Positions 8,051 through 18,182 of a stretch of 64,000 nt of DNA are shown piece after piece. Made by a program: the position numbers and the translations under genes. Source of the stretch: Spirochaetia bacterium (GTDB lineage: Bacteria > Spirochaetota > Spirochaetia > DSM-2461); contig CAXXIA010000001.1 of the NCBI GenBank assembly GCA_963666985.2, positions 832,001 to 896,000 on the forward strand. The letters are read 5' to 3'. The notes beneath the pieces were generated by a model. It was given only the letters and a program-made list of their open reading frames with translations. It was not told the origin of the DNA and made no database searches. How positions within the stretch are numbered: position 1 is the stretch's first letter; each line of letters begins with the position of its first letter.

Positions 8051-9064
8051 GTGAATGCAGACGGTCTCGTCCAATGGACGGAAAAACTTCTGACGCACCG
8101 CGCCAGAAGAATAGAGAAGAAAAAGAGAAAGCAGAAGGCCAGGGGAGTCGTCATGGAATGGGTCGACGCCTTTCTTTGGGCCGTGATGGTGGTTCTTCTG
8201 TTGAACCAGTATCTGCTGCAGGCGTATCAAATCCCTTCCGGGTCCATGCGTGATACGTTAATCGGCGGGAATGATCCTTATACGGCGCAGCGCAGCAGCA
8301 GCGACAGGATTTTTGTCGATAAGCTGACGTTCGGTCCCGAGCTGCTTCCCGGAGTCGCCAAACTCCCGGGATTTCGCGAATCCCGCAGAGGCGAGGTGAT
8401 TATCTTCGAGAACCCTGAGTTCGAGAGTCCTTCGCTTCCGTATGAAATCGCTCAGCGCGTTCTCTACATGGTTACGCTCTCTCTTCTGGACTTAAACCGG
8501 CACGGCGGTGAGATTGCTCATCAGTTCCTGATTAAAAGGCAGGCCGCCCAGGATGGAGATAGGGTGGTTTTTAAACGCGGAGAGTTGTCTTTCACTCCTC
8601 GCGGTGAGAGTCGCCTTATACCCGAAGACGAGTTCAAAGAATATGTTGCTCTCGAATACGGGAATCATCTTCTTCTTGATGAAGGCTATTACGATAAACT
8701 CGATGCCACGATCCGGACCGTTCGTTATGAGCGGGCCGGATTGCCCGTGGACAGGAACCTTGCGGACCGCGCCGCGGAAAATTGGGTTTCACCGCTGAAA
8801 AAAACGGTTTTGGATCTTTATGAGGAAAAGAGACTCGATTCGGCCGTTCTCAGGGGAATGTATCCGCAGAATGAGGGAATCTCTTCCGAAGAGGCCGTCT
8901 ATGAACGCGGCATCTATGTTCCAGAAGGATGGGTTCTGCCTCTCGGCGACAACAGGAGCGACTCTCTTGACGGCCGGTATTTCGGACCCGTCCCTTCACG
9001 AAAAATTCTCGGCCGGGCTCTCTTCATCTATTGGCCGCTGCCGCGTTTCGGCGGCATAAAATGA
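8051..9064 (+). CDS. lepB: Signal peptidase I
   Basis: IPSGSM (Ser), LIKR (Lys), GDNRSDSLDGRYFG, YWPL. Confidence 0.93.
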   Translation: MNADGLVQWTEKLLTHRARRIEKKKRKQKARGVVMEWVDAFLWAVMVVLLLNQYLLQAYQIPSGSMRDTLIGGNDPYTAQRSSSDRIFVDKLTFGPELLPGVAKLPGFRESRRGEVIIFENPEFESPSLPYEIAQRVLYMVTLSLLDLNRHGGEIAHQFLIKRQAAQDGDRVVFKRGELSFTPRGESRLIPEDEFKEYVALEYGNHLLLDEGYYDKLDATIRTVRYERAGLPVDRNLADRAAENWVSPLKKTVLDLYEEKRLDSAVLRGMYPQNEGISSEEAVYERGIYVPEGWVLPLGDNRSDSLDGRYFGPVPSRKILGRALFIYWPLPRFGGIK

Positions 9065-9065
9065 A

Positions 9066-9797
9066 ATGATTTCATCCTCGCGTTCAAGACTTTCGTACAA
9101 AGATCGAAGAAGTCATCAGAAGCAGAGATTCCGCTTTGTTGGAGTCGTTATCGCCGTTATCGCGGTGTATCTGGTGATTACCGAATTCGCCGTGCAGACC
9201 TGGAAGTTCCAAAGCGAGTCGATGCTGCCGGGATATCCGCCGGGAACGCGGGTTTTGGTAACGCATTATATCCTTCGGGATTCGGACGGAAGGCTTCTTC
9301 ATCCGCCCGAAAGAGGCGATATCGTCGCGATACATCCGCCGTATGCGGAAGAGGATCCCTGGCTCGAACGTCTTTTCGATCCTCTGGTCCGCCTTATTTC
9401 CATCCAAAGAGCGACTCTTGCCGGTCACAGGAGCGGATGGGAGGACCATAGAGTTTTTAAAAGGGTTATAGGAATCCCCGGCGATACGATTACCCTGGAT
9501 AAATCGGTCGCTTATGTTCGGGGAGCCGATGATGCGTTTCATCTCAGTGAATTCGAGATGAGCGGCAAAGGATATGATATTTCCGTACCCCGGCTTCCGG
9601 AAGGATGGACCGAGGAGATGCCGCTTTCCGGAAAAATGGAAAAAATAACGCTCGCCGAAGGGGAATATTTCCTTCTGGGAGATAATCGGGGTGCTTCGAA
9701 TGACTCCCGTTACTGGGGAGCGGTTTCCGATTCGGTCATAAAAGGACGCGTTATTTTCGCGTATTGGCCGCTGCGACGTTTTGGCCTTATCCACTGA
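9066..9797 (+). CDS. lepB: Signal peptidase I (second tandem copy)
   Basis: SESMLP, FKRVIGIPGD, GDNRGASNDSRYWG. Confidence 0.92.
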   Translation: MISSSRSRLSYKDRRSHQKQRFRFVGVVIAVIAVYLVITEFAVQTWKFQSESMLPGYPPGTRVLVTHYILRDSDGRLLHPPERGDIVAIHPPYAEEDPWLERLFDPLVRLISIQRATLAGHRSGWEDHRVFKRVIGIPGDTITLDKSVAYVRGADDAFHLSEFEMSGKGYDISVPRLPEGWTEEMPLSGKMEKITLAEGEYFLLGDNRGASNDSRYWGAVSDSVIKGRVIFAYWPLRRFGLIH

Positions 9798-10965
9798 CAC
9801 CGGTCTCTACATCCATATTCCCTTCTGCGTGAGCCGATGCCGGTACTGTGATTTTTACAGTGAAACCGGCGTTGAAAAATCGGTGGTGAGAAGAACGCTG
9901 CAAACCCTCGCCGATCATTTGGAAAAATCCATGGAGTCCTTCGGCATTGAAGGATTTAAAACGGTATATATCGGAGGCGGCACTCCCAGTCACGTTCCGA
10001 TTGATCTTTTTCATCAATTTCTAAGCGGACTTAGACCCATGCTCGGCGCTCCGATTGAATACACGGTGGAGGCCAACCCCGAATCGCTGAAGGCGGGATT
10101 CCTCGATGTATTGGAAGAGGGCGGCGTGAATCGTCTGAGCATGGGAATTCAGACCTACAATGAAAAACTTCTTTCCTGGCTCGGCAGACCGGCCGGCCTT
10201 GATGCGATTGAAAAGGCCGAATCGCTGCTGAGTGATCGGTGGAAAGGACGCTTGAGTTTTGATTTTTTAGCGGGACTTCCCAGGGATCGGCATGGCCTTG
10301 CCGAAGAACTTGAGAGGGCTTTGGCATACGGCGTTGGTCATGTGTCTTTGTATGAGCTGACCATTGAGGATGGAACACCGCTTGCCGCCGACAGCCATGC
10401 TCTTTCCGAGCTGCCGGGAGAAGAGCGCTCTTTCAAAGAATGGCGGGATGCCGTGGGAACGTTGGAAGAAAACGGATACGCCCGATACGAGATTTCGAAT
10501 TTCGCCTTAGCCGGAGAAGAGTCCGTCCATAATCTGGGTTATTGGCGACTCAATCCCTATCTCGGGATCGGACCGGGAGCCGCTTCCACGCTGCCGGGGC
10601 CCTCCGGACCGCTTCGGAGAGAAGAGACTCGGGATTTGGGAGCCTGGCTGGATGCGGCAGGTTCTTCGGCTTCGGAAGAAGTTCTGACTCCAAAACAGTT
10701 TGCTCTGGAACAGTTTCTTACCTCATTAAGAACGAGTGAAGGTTTGAATACGGCCCGTTTTGAAAAAATCTTCGGAATCTCTCCTTTTTCGGTTGTCCAA
10801 AGGAGTCTTGAAAAGTGGGAGTCGGCCGGATCGCTCGAGATTCTTCCCGACCGGATTCGTCCGACCTCGGGCGGAATGGAACTGGTTGATGCCGTTCTTT
10901 CGGATCTCGCATTCGAGTTGGCCGAGGGAGTTTTCAGCCGGCCGCTCCAATGGCCCTCACCTTGA
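9781..10965 (+). CDS. hemW: Radical SAM heme chaperone HemW (HemN-like)
   Basis: YIHIPFCVSRCRYCDF, GGGTPS, YEISNF, HNLGYW. Confidence 0.9.
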   Translation: MALSTDTGLYIHIPFCVSRCRYCDFYSETGVEKSVVRRTLQTLADHLEKSMESFGIEGFKTVYIGGGTPSHVPIDLFHQFLSGLRPMLGAPIEYTVEANPESLKAGFLDVLEEGGVNRLSMGIQTYNEKLLSWLGRPAGLDAIEKAESLLSDRWKGRLSFDFLAGLPRDRHGLAEELERALAYGVGHVSLYELTIEDGTPLAADSHALSELPGEERSFKEWRDAVGTLEENGYARYEISNFALAGEESVHNLGYWRLNPYLGIGPGAASTLPGPSGPLRREETRDLGAWLDAAGSSASEEVLTPKQFALEQFLTSLRTSEGLNTARFEKIFGISPFSVVQRSLEKWESAGSLEILPDRIRPTSGGMELVDAVLSDLAFELAEGVFSRPLQWPSP

Positions 10966-11078
10966 CCACGCGCCGCGCGTCATGATAGATTTTTTTACTA
11001 TAATTCACTAAGAGGCAATGGAATAAAAAAATTGCCGCGGCATCAATGTTTCGGAAATGCTGAAATAAGGAGTCACTC

Positions 11079-11822
11079 ATGTCCGGCCATAGTAAATGGC
11101 ATACAATCAAGCACAAGAAGGGGGCCGCGGATGCGAAGCGCGGAAAACTCTTCACCAAAATCATTAAAGAGATAACCGTGGCCGCCCGCATGGGCGGCGG
11201 GGATGAAGAATCGAATCCCAGGCTTCGAACCGTCGTTCTTAAGGCGAAAGCCGCCAATATGCCCAAGGACAATATCGAACGGGCCATAAAAAAGGGAACC
11301 GGAGACCTCGACGGGGTTGATTATGTCGAACTCAGCTACGAGGCCTACGCGCCCGGCGGCGTCGGTCTGATGATTGAAGCGCTGACCGACAACAAGAACC
11401 GAACCGCGGCGGACGTCCGGACCATTCTTTCCAAAGGCGGCGGTCAATTGGCCGCCAGCGGCGCCGTTTCCTATATGTTCAACCGCAAGGGCGTTATCGT
11501 CTATGAATCCGAAACGGTTGATTTTGAAAAGCTGTTCGAAGCGGCCCTGGAAGCCGGAGCCGAGGATGTCAGCGAAGACGGCGGCATTATTGAAGTGATT
11601 ACCGGTCCCAGTGAATTCGCGGATGTTCTGGAAAACCTTCAGGCAGCCGGTTTTGAGCAGTCCAGCGCGGAGGTAACACTGGTTCCCGATACCTACGCAT
11701 CCCTGGATAACGATGCGACGGCCAAGGTTCTCCGGCTGATTGATCGTTTGGAAGATAACGACGATGTTCAGTCGGTCGCCTCCAATCTTGACGTCCCGGA
11801 TGATTTTGAGATGTCCGAATGA
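11079..11822 (+). CDS. yebC: YebC/PmpR family protein
   Basis: [27 protein letters not shown]. Confidence 0.97.
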   Translation: MSGHSKWHTIKHKKGAADAKRGKLFTKIIKEITVAARMGGGDEESNPRLRTVVLKAKAANMPKDNIERAIKKGTGDLDGVDYVELSYEAYAPGGVGLMIEALTDNKNRTAADVRTILSKGGGQLAASGAVSYMFNRKGVIVYESETVDFEKLFEAALEAGAEDVSEDGGIIEVITGPSEFADVLENLQAAGFEQSSAEVTLVPDTYASLDNDATAKVLRLIDRLEDNDDVQSVASNLDVPDDFEMSE

Positions 11823-12322
11823 TGCGAAGGATTCTGGGAATCGATCCGGGCTTCGCCTCTACGGGATGGGGCCTTATCGATTCCGACGGAGTCCGAAACA
11901 AGCATATTGATCATGGAAGTATAGAGACGGCATCCGGTGATGCGGCGGAAAAGAGGCTTATGGCCCTGTATGAAGAAGTCGCCGGTATCATCGAATCCTT
12001 CAAACCGACCGGATTGGGAATTGAAACGCTGTTTTTTACGAAAAACATCAGTTCGGCCATGCCCGTCGCACAAGCCAGAGGCGTTGTTCTTCTGGCGGCG
12101 GCCCAGGCCGGACTGGATGTCGGTGAATTCTCGCCTGTTACCATAAAACAGTCCGTTGTCGGTGCGGGCGGGGCCGATAAAGCCCAGGTTCAGGAAATGG
12201 TCCGCCTTTTATTGGGACTCGGGGAAATCCCGAAACCGGATCATGCGGCCGATGCCCTGGCGGCGGCCATTACTTTCGTGCATCATGGTAAGCCATGGTC
12301 AACAGTATCCGCGGTATCCTGA
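11819..12322 (+). CDS. ruvC: Holliday junction resolvase
   Basis: [25 protein letters not shown]. Confidence 0.97.
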   Translation: MMRRILGIDPGFASTGWGLIDSDGVRNKHIDHGSIETASGDAAEKRLMALYEEVAGIIESFKPTGLGIETLFFTKNISSAMPVAQARGVVLLAAAQAGLDVGEFSPVTIKQSVVGAGGADKAQVQEMVRLLLGLGEIPKPDHAADALAAAITFVHHGKPWSTVSAVS

Positions 12323-12893
12323 CATTCAAACACTCCGATACTCTCGGTGTTGAAACCGGAGGCGTCGAGTGGGCTCTTGAGGTGAGTACGGCGACGCTGA
12401 GCACTCTACCCGGTCCCGGGAGGGAAGTCCGCGTTTTTACCTATCTTCACCACACCCAGGATGTGATGAAGATGTACGGATTCGCGTCCGCCGAAGAGAG
12501 ACATATTTTTCTGGCTCTCCTAACGGTTAACGGCGTGGGGACCCTCTTTAGCCCGAAAGATTCTTTCGGGGATTACGCCGCAGGCCTTTCAGGCCGCTCT
12601 CGACATGGAAGATTTGGCGGTTCTGGAGAGAATCCCGGGACTGGGCAAGAAAACCGCGCAGAAGATTGTTCTTCAGCTTCGGGGCAATCTTGTCAAAGAC
12701 GATGAGGGATCGGGCGGAGTTCCCTCGGAGGCCAAGGATGTCGTTGAGGCCCTCACCGCCATGGGATTCGATTCCAGAGGCTCGTTGAAAGCCGTTGAAG
12801 AGATTCTCGCGGATTCCGAAGTACGCTCTCTCAGCGGTGAGGAGCGGGGAAAAAGAAGTTCTTCGCCGGGCGATTATTTCGCTCAGTTCGTAG
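12295..12893 (+). CDS. ruvA: Holliday junction branch migration protein, with two +1 frameshifts as assembled (G runs 12537-12540 and 12846-12849)
   Basis: Removing one G at each run gives a continuous 198 aa RuvA: ..VNGVGPSLARKILSG..IPGLGKKTAQKIVLQL..ALTAMGF..EVLRRAIISLSS*. Confidence 0.9.
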
Positions 12894-12905
12894 CGGGGGG
12901 GCGGC

Positions 12906-13928
12906 ATGGAAGACAAACCACTGGCGCCTCATGCCGAACGCGGCGAGGATGAGGCTGATATAGGAATCAGGCCGAAGTATTTGGCCGATTTTCAGGGGCA
13001 GAAGGAACTCAAAGAGAATCTTTCCATCTTCATCACCGCGGCGAGGGAACGAAGAGAATCGCTGGATCACGTCTTCATCAGCGGACCTCCGGGACTTGGG
13101 AAAACGACTCTGGCGAACATCATGGCCAATGAACTGAGTTCCGAAATCAAAGTGACCAGCGCTCCGGCGCTGGATAAGCCCAAGGATTTGGCCGGTCTTC
13201 TCTCGACGATTCCCGAACGGGCCGTGTTTTTCATCGATGAAATTCATCGGCTCAAACCCGCCATTGAAGAAATGCTCTATATCGCCATGGAGGATTTTGA
13301 ACTCGACTGGATTATCGGACAGGGGCCGGCGGCTCGGACCGTGCGGATTCCGGTTCCGCCTTTTACGCTTGTCGGCGCCACGACCAAGCCGGGCAGAGTT
13401 TCCAGCCCTCTATTCACCCGTTTCGGCATTACCGTCAGAATCGACTATTACGGACCGGCCGAACTGGTTTCCATCGTCCGCCGCAGCGCGGGGATTTTGG
13501 GAATCGGCATCGACGAAGATGCCTCGGTGCTTTTGGCTCAGTGCAGCAGAGGAACGCCGCGGGTGGCCAACAGACTTCTTCGCCGCATGAGGGATTATGC
13601 TCAAGTCAACGGTTCGGGCAGCGTGACGAAAACGGTTGTTGAGGATGGACTTGCCAGACTCGGAATCGACCTTGAAGGATTGGAAGAGCAGGATCGGCGT
13701 ATTCTTGCGGCCATCATCGAGCGCTACGGAGGCGGCCCTGTCGGCGCGGAAACCCTTGCCATCAGCGTGGGTGAGGGAATAGACGCGCTGGAGGATTTTT
13801 ACGAGCCTTATCTGATACAGCGCGGCTTTCTCCAGCGTACGCCGAGGGGACGCGTTGTAACGAATCTTGCTTATCGGCATTTACGAAGGAGCCCGGAATC
13901 GGATGCGGACCAGCCTCTTTTCCTTTGA
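12906..13928 (+). CDS. ruvB: Holliday junction branch migration ATPase
   Basis: [37 protein letters not shown]. Confidence 0.98.
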   Translation: MEDKPLAPHAERGEDEADIGIRPKYLADFQGQKELKENLSIFITAARERRESLDHVFISGPPGLGKTTLANIMANELSSEIKVTSAPALDKPKDLAGLLSTIPERAVFFIDEIHRLKPAIEEMLYIAMEDFELDWIIGQGPAARTVRIPVPPFTLVGATTKPGRVSSPLFTRFGITVRIDYYGPAELVSIVRRSAGILGIGIDEDASVLLAQCSRGTPRVANRLLRRMRDYAQVNGSGSVTKTVVEDGLARLGIDLEGLEEQDRRILAAIIERYGGGPVGAETLAISVGEGIDALEDFYEPYLIQRGFLQRTPRGRVVTNLAYRHLRRSPESDADQPLFL

Positions 13929-14931
13929 CCTGCCCGAGCATTTGATTGCTCAGCACCCAACGACGGTTCGCGGTACAAGCAGACTCATGATTCTGGATAG
14001 ACTCAGGCCGGGATCAGCCCCGAAACATTCCCATATTTCGTCTCTGGCGGAGTTTATCGAACCCGGCACGCTCATGATTTTCAACGATACCAGGGTGCGG
14101 AAAGCCAGAATGTACGGGCGGAACTGCGAAACCGGCGGAAAGGGCGAATTCCTTTTTCTAACGCCGGAGGGGAGCGGTCTCTGGGAATGCGTTGTGGATA
14201 AGGCGAAGAAGAAACGGGTGGGCCAGAGGTGGGAGTTTCCGGGCGGCGTGATCGGGACCATCGCCGCTCTGCCTTCCACGGACCGGCGGCTCGTTTCTCT
14301 GGAGCCTCGGCCGGATGAATCGTGGTTTGAAGAGTACGGGCACATTCCGCTGCCTCCCTATGTGAAAAGACCGGATGCCGCCGAAGATGCCAAGCGCTAT
14401 CAGACCGTATACGCCCGAAAAACAGGTTCCGCGGCGGCGCCGACGGCCGGTCTGCATTTTACCCCGGAAATCCTTTCTTCATTGGATGATGCGGGTATCG
14501 AACGTGCCTGGGTGACACTCAACGTGGGTACCGGAACCTTCGCGCCTGTTCGAACGGAGGAAATTGAGGATCATCGGATGCACCGGGAAAGCTACGATGT
14601 ACCGCTTGAAACCTCGGAAGCGTATCGGCGGGCCCGTGAAGAAGGCCGGAAAATTCTGGCGGTGGGCACCACGGCGGTAAGAACTCTTGAATCCGCGTGG
14701 AACGGCGAGGGAATTACGCCGGGAGCCGGCGATACGGATATTTTCATTTATCCGGGGTATCGGTTTCAGGCGGTCGATCAGCTTTTTACGAACTTTCATA
14801 CGCCGAATTCGAGTCTTTTAATGCTTGTTTCGGCTTTCTGCGGACGGGAACGTTTGCTGGATGCGTATAGGATTGCCGTAAATGAAGAATATCGGTTCTT
14901 TTCCTACGGCGATGCGATGCTGATACGGTAG
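13903..14931 (+). CDS. queA: S-adenosylmethionine:tRNA ribosyltransferase-isomerase
   Basis: [38 protein letters not shown]. Confidence 0.97.
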   Translation: MRTSLFSFDLPEHLIAQHPTTVRGTSRLMILDRLRPGSAPKHSHISSLAEFIEPGTLMIFNDTRVRKARMYGRNCETGGKGEFLFLTPEGSGLWECVVDKAKKKRVGQRWEFPGGVIGTIAALPSTDRRLVSLEPRPDESWFEEYGHIPLPPYVKRPDAAEDAKRYQTVYARKTGSAAAPTAGLHFTPEILSSLDDAGIERAWVTLNVGTGTFAPVRTEEIEDHRMHRESYDVPLETSEAYRRAREEGRKILAVGTTAVRTLESAWNGEGITPGAGDTDIFIYPGYRFQAVDQLFTNFHTPNSSLLMLVSAFCGRERLLDAYRIAVNEEYRFFSYGDAMLIR

Positions 14932-15095
14932 TTTTGAGGCGCCGGGTGGAAAAGCCGGGTTGGGGAAGTATGCGGCGCGGGCGATAGGCCGCAAAGAGAT
15001 TCGGCTGCGGAAAGCGGAGTCTCGGGATTTGGAATTCCGCTGATGTAAAAAGGCTCTTTTGCCGAACTGCCGGATGAAGATTTTAACGCGCAAAT

Positions 15096-15120
15096 AAAAG
15101 GCGCTTTATATCGCGCTTTT
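15096..15120. terminator. Possible bidirectional terminator between convergent genes
   Basis: AAAAGGCGC-TTTATATC-GCGCTTTT hairpin. Confidence 0.4.
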
Positions 15121-15145
15121 CGCACTCCGAATCGGAGCGGAAACT

Positions 15146-15763
15146 TCAATAGGTCTCGTAATCCATATCTTTAAACTCTTCGCGAACTCGTTCCAGCCTG
15201 GCCAGATGATTTTCAATGATGTCCCTGTAATCCAAATCTCCCGATTCAATCCGGAAAGCCTCGTCTTCCCAGTACTGGATTTCTTCGAGGTTGATCCAGC
15301 GGAAGCGTGATTCCCTGGCAACCTCGGAGTAGGACCGGGCGAGTTCCCAGGATTCCATCGCGAGTTCGTAGTAGTCTTCGGCGATCCTCAGACTGTCGAG
15401 ATTGGCCGATTTCCAGGGATAGTTGTAGAAATACGCGTTGAACTTATCGTACTTGGCCGCCATGGCCAGATATTCGTCGACGATGCGAAGATACATGTGC
15501 ATCACAAAGAGATTCCGGTATTTTTCCCATTCGGTTTTATCCGTTATTTCCGCCAGAGCATTGGCCGGATTCGCGAACGGAGAGCGCAGAGCCATGGAGA
15601 GATACCAGATATTCTCGGCGCTGTCTTCCGGATATCTGTAAAAATGCTGATGGTAGAGCTCGTAGAACTGCTCGGCATACTGAATCTTCCAGGCCGAAAG
15701 CGGCAAGGCGGCTGAAAAAAGAATAAAAATCGCGAGCATGCGCCGAAATACGGTTTTCATCAT
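15146..15763 (-). CDS. Hypothetical exported, aromatic-rich helical protein
   Basis: Signal peptide (MMKTVFRRMLAIFILFSAALPLSA) and a 205 aa ORF with protein-like composition. Confidence 0.75.
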   Translation of the reverse strand: MMKTVFRRMLAIFILFSAALPLSAWKIQYAEQFYELYHQHFYRYPEDSAENIWYLSMALRSPFANPANALAEITDKTEWEKYRNLFVMHMYLRIVDEYLAMAAKYDKFNAYFYNYPWKSANLDSLRIAEDYYELAMESWELARSYSEVARESRFRWINLEEIQYWEDEAFRIESGDLDYRDIIENHLARLERVREEFKDMDYETY

Positions 15764-15886
15764 TTTGAATATCGGCACCGGTGGCACAGGATTTCAGTTC
15801 CTTGAAGCGCATCGTCGGAAGGATTCTTTCGAATTGATGAGGATAACGAAAAATCCGTACCGATATCGGCAATCTGTTGAAGAAAG

Positions 15887-15978
15887 AGTTTTCACAATCG
15901 CCGATATCGCGGCCCTCTTTTCGCTGTTGGAGCGTTACTTAAAAAAGTTTTCACAATCATCGATGCCGCGGCCCTCTT
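15887..15978. repeat. Degenerate direct repeat, two 33 bp copies with a 59 bp period
   Basis: AGTTTTCACAATCgcCGATatCGCGGCCCTCTT (15887) versus AGTTTTCACAATCatCGATgcCGCGGCCCTCTT (15946), 29/33 identical. Confidence 0.85.
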
Positions 15979-16012
15979 CACGGAATAAGGGCCGTTACCG
16001 AAAGGCGGCGGG

Positions 16013-16636
16013 CTAAAAAAGATCGGAAAGGAAATCGACGGATTGACGGCAGAGCTCATGCGGAGTTTTCGTTGAATCGAGACGAAGAACTTTCATTCCC
16101 GAATCCTCATAAGCTCCGATGGCCTTCTCATAGGCTTCGACAACCCGATACTGAAGAGCCGCTTCATCAAAAATATCCTGACCGTCCCGGCGAGACAGTC
16201 TTTTTTGCGCTTCATCGACCGGAATGCCGGCGAATATCAGATGTCCGGGGAGCGGATAGGGTGCATTGAGATAATCCACCCAATCCCAATCGGAATCGAG
16301 AGTCTGGTAGGCCAAAGAGGAAAACCAATACCGGTCGGTAATATAAACTTGGCCTGCTTTTAAAGCCTCTTGTATTCCGTTTTTTCCGTAAAGATGTTCC
16401 CGCCTGTCGGCGGAGAAAAGAAGCGCCAGGGTTTCGGGGCACAGATTTTCTTTCCCCGAAAGGGCCGTCCTGATGATTTTTCCGATAACCCCGTCTGTCG
16501 GCTCGAATCCGGCTGTAAAAGGAATATTTTTTGACGACAATGCATCTTTCAGTTCTCGTGTTAGGGTTGTCGTCCCGGCCCCGTCGATTCCTTCGACGGC
16601 AACCAGCCCCTTCCAAACGTTCCTATTACGTTTCAT
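16013..16636 (-). CDS. tmk: Thymidylate kinase
   Basis: VEGIDGAGTTT, FEPT, LLFSADRREH, DRYWFSSLAYQ. Confidence 0.93.
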   Translation of the reverse strand: MKRNRNVWKGLVAVEGIDGAGTTTLTRELKDALSSKNIPFTAGFEPTDGVIGKIIRTALSGKENLCPETLALLFSADRREHLYGKNGIQEALKAGQVYITDRYWFSSLAYQTLDSDWDWVDYLNAPYPLPGHLIFAGIPVDEAQKRLSRRDGQDIFDEAALQYRVVEAYEKAIGAYEDSGMKVLRLDSTKTPHELCRQSVDFLSDLF

Positions 16637-16681
16637 CCATGTTCCTTCCGAACCCGATCGGTTTCCGTTAAGATATGATCG

Positions 16682-17148
16682 ATGTCGTCATTGCGTCCAC
16701 CCGGAAAGGGCATTCGTCGATTAACAGCGCTTTGTTTTTTTCGTGCTGTTAATCCTAATCCCGCAAGCCGTATCACTCGGAGCAGGGGAACTCTATCTGC
16801 CGGACTTGGTGATTCCCCGACGATCGAAAAAAGATATTCCCCAGCCCTACGTCCAATTGAACATCGATTCGGACTGGATTTACCGGATGCCGCGCACATC
16901 GGCGCATCTATCCTTTGCCCATCAATATCGATTATTCCGGTGTGTACCGGGTTCCGGCTCCTGAAAATCATGACCTGCCGCTGCCTGTTACACTCATTTT
17001 CCCGGAAGCGTTGAATGCTCAATACTTTGATCTGCCGATAATTGTGTACGGGGAGAAAATGCCGATTTCTCTTTTACGGACTATCCCGGCAATCCGGTTG
17101 GAACGGCATTCCCGCGTAAAAAAACATCGTCCGGGCTGGAGATCTTGA
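16682..17148 (+). CDS. Hypothetical exported Pro-rich protein, with two probable +1 frameshifts (T runs 16735-16741 and 16914-16916)
   Basis: Removing one T at each run joins ORFs 16682, 16743 and 16915 into one 154 aa protein with a signal-like N-terminus; its stop overlaps the exbB start. Confidence 0.5.
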
Positions 17149-17793
17149 TGAATGAACTTATTCGGGCGAATTGGCTGATTTTAACGCCCATTATCCTCCT
17201 TTCCGTTATATCCTTGGCCCTTATCATAGAACGGGTTTCGTATTTCCATCGGATTCGAGGGCGGTCGGGAAACGCTTTGTCGGATGCTCTGGGAATGATC
17301 GGCCGATATCCGCCGGAGCAAATCCTCGGACTGTTCTCGGAGGAAGACTCCAGTCCCGCAAAGCAATTGCTTTCGGCGGCTCTTAATTCCAGGATAAAAG
17401 CCGTTCCGTCTCTCTATCGTCAGCGGCTTGGAATCGTTACGAGACCGCCAGCTTGACCGAATGGAAAAGCATTTTCCCATCCTTCTGGGAATCGGAAACA
17501 TTTCAACGCTTCTCGGTCTGTTCGGTACCGTATCGGGAATGATTACCGCCTTTTCCAGAATGACCGAGACCGGGAATTCCGATCCTTATGTCCTGGCCGG
17601 CGGAATTTCACGAGCTCTGGTAACAACCGCGGCCGGTCTCGTGGTGGCCATACCGACAATGGCCGCCCATCATGTTCTGGAAGCCTTGGCGGACAGACAT
17701 GCGGACGAAATGGAAGAAGTCGTTACCGAATGCATCGCCTACAGCGGAGTGTCTTATGCGCGTACGAGAGAACAGAAGACGACGAACGCGTAA
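17148..17793 (+). CDS. exbB: MotA/TolQ/ExbB proton channel protein, with one +1 frameshift at about 17428-17431
   Basis: N-terminal TM ending IIER, STLLGLFGTVSGMI, GISRALVTTAAGLVVAIP. Deleting one base restores 214 aa. Confidence 0.88.
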
Positions 17794-18182
17794 CGGCGGT
17801 CTTATGCTGACCCCGATGATCGATATTATTTTCCTTTTGACCTTGTTCTTTGTTCTTGAACACCAGTTTTCTAGGCAGGAACGGTACATAGACGTTAATC
17901 TTCCGGAATCCGAAACATCGGAAGATATCCAGGCCGAGGGATTGGTTTTAACGCTTCGTTCGGACGGAACGCTGGATTTGGACGGCATGGAAGTTTCATG
18001 GGAAAGCCTGACTGGGGCTCTCGAAGACCGCGTCGCCGAAACGGGTGCCGCCGCCGTAACGATTCGCGGTGATGAAACCATAGAATACGGAACAATCGTA
18101 TCGGCCATGGACAGAATCCGTAAATCGGGCCATGGATGCCGTCTCTTTGCAGACAATCAGGGGAAATGACCCTCATCGCTAA
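17756..18182 (+). CDS. exbD: ExbD/TolR biopolymer transport protein, with a probable +1 frameshift at about 18127-18131
   Basis: LTPMIDIIFLLTLFF (conserved TM Asp), VNLPES, IRGD, YGTIVSAMD. Corrected tail is KSGMDAVSLQT; as assembled it stops at 18169. Confidence 0.88.

Noticed and set aside
12295..12893. ruvA as a true pseudogene or programmed frameshift
   Set aside because: No stops or decay, ruvB and ruvC are intact, and it is part of a cluster of +1 homopolymer changes best explained as consensus error. Not verified without reads.
15782..15797. sigma54 promoter-like TGGCAC-AGGAT-TTCA
   Set aside because: The -12 GC is missing and it points away from any plausible plus-strand gene. Similar near-matches at about 51306 and 62806 have wrong spacing or lie in a start codon.
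15887..15978. CRISPR mini-array (the reverse-strand unit ends ATTGTGAAAAC)
   Set aside because: Only two degenerate copies, the would-be spacers resemble each other, and there are no cas genes in the window.
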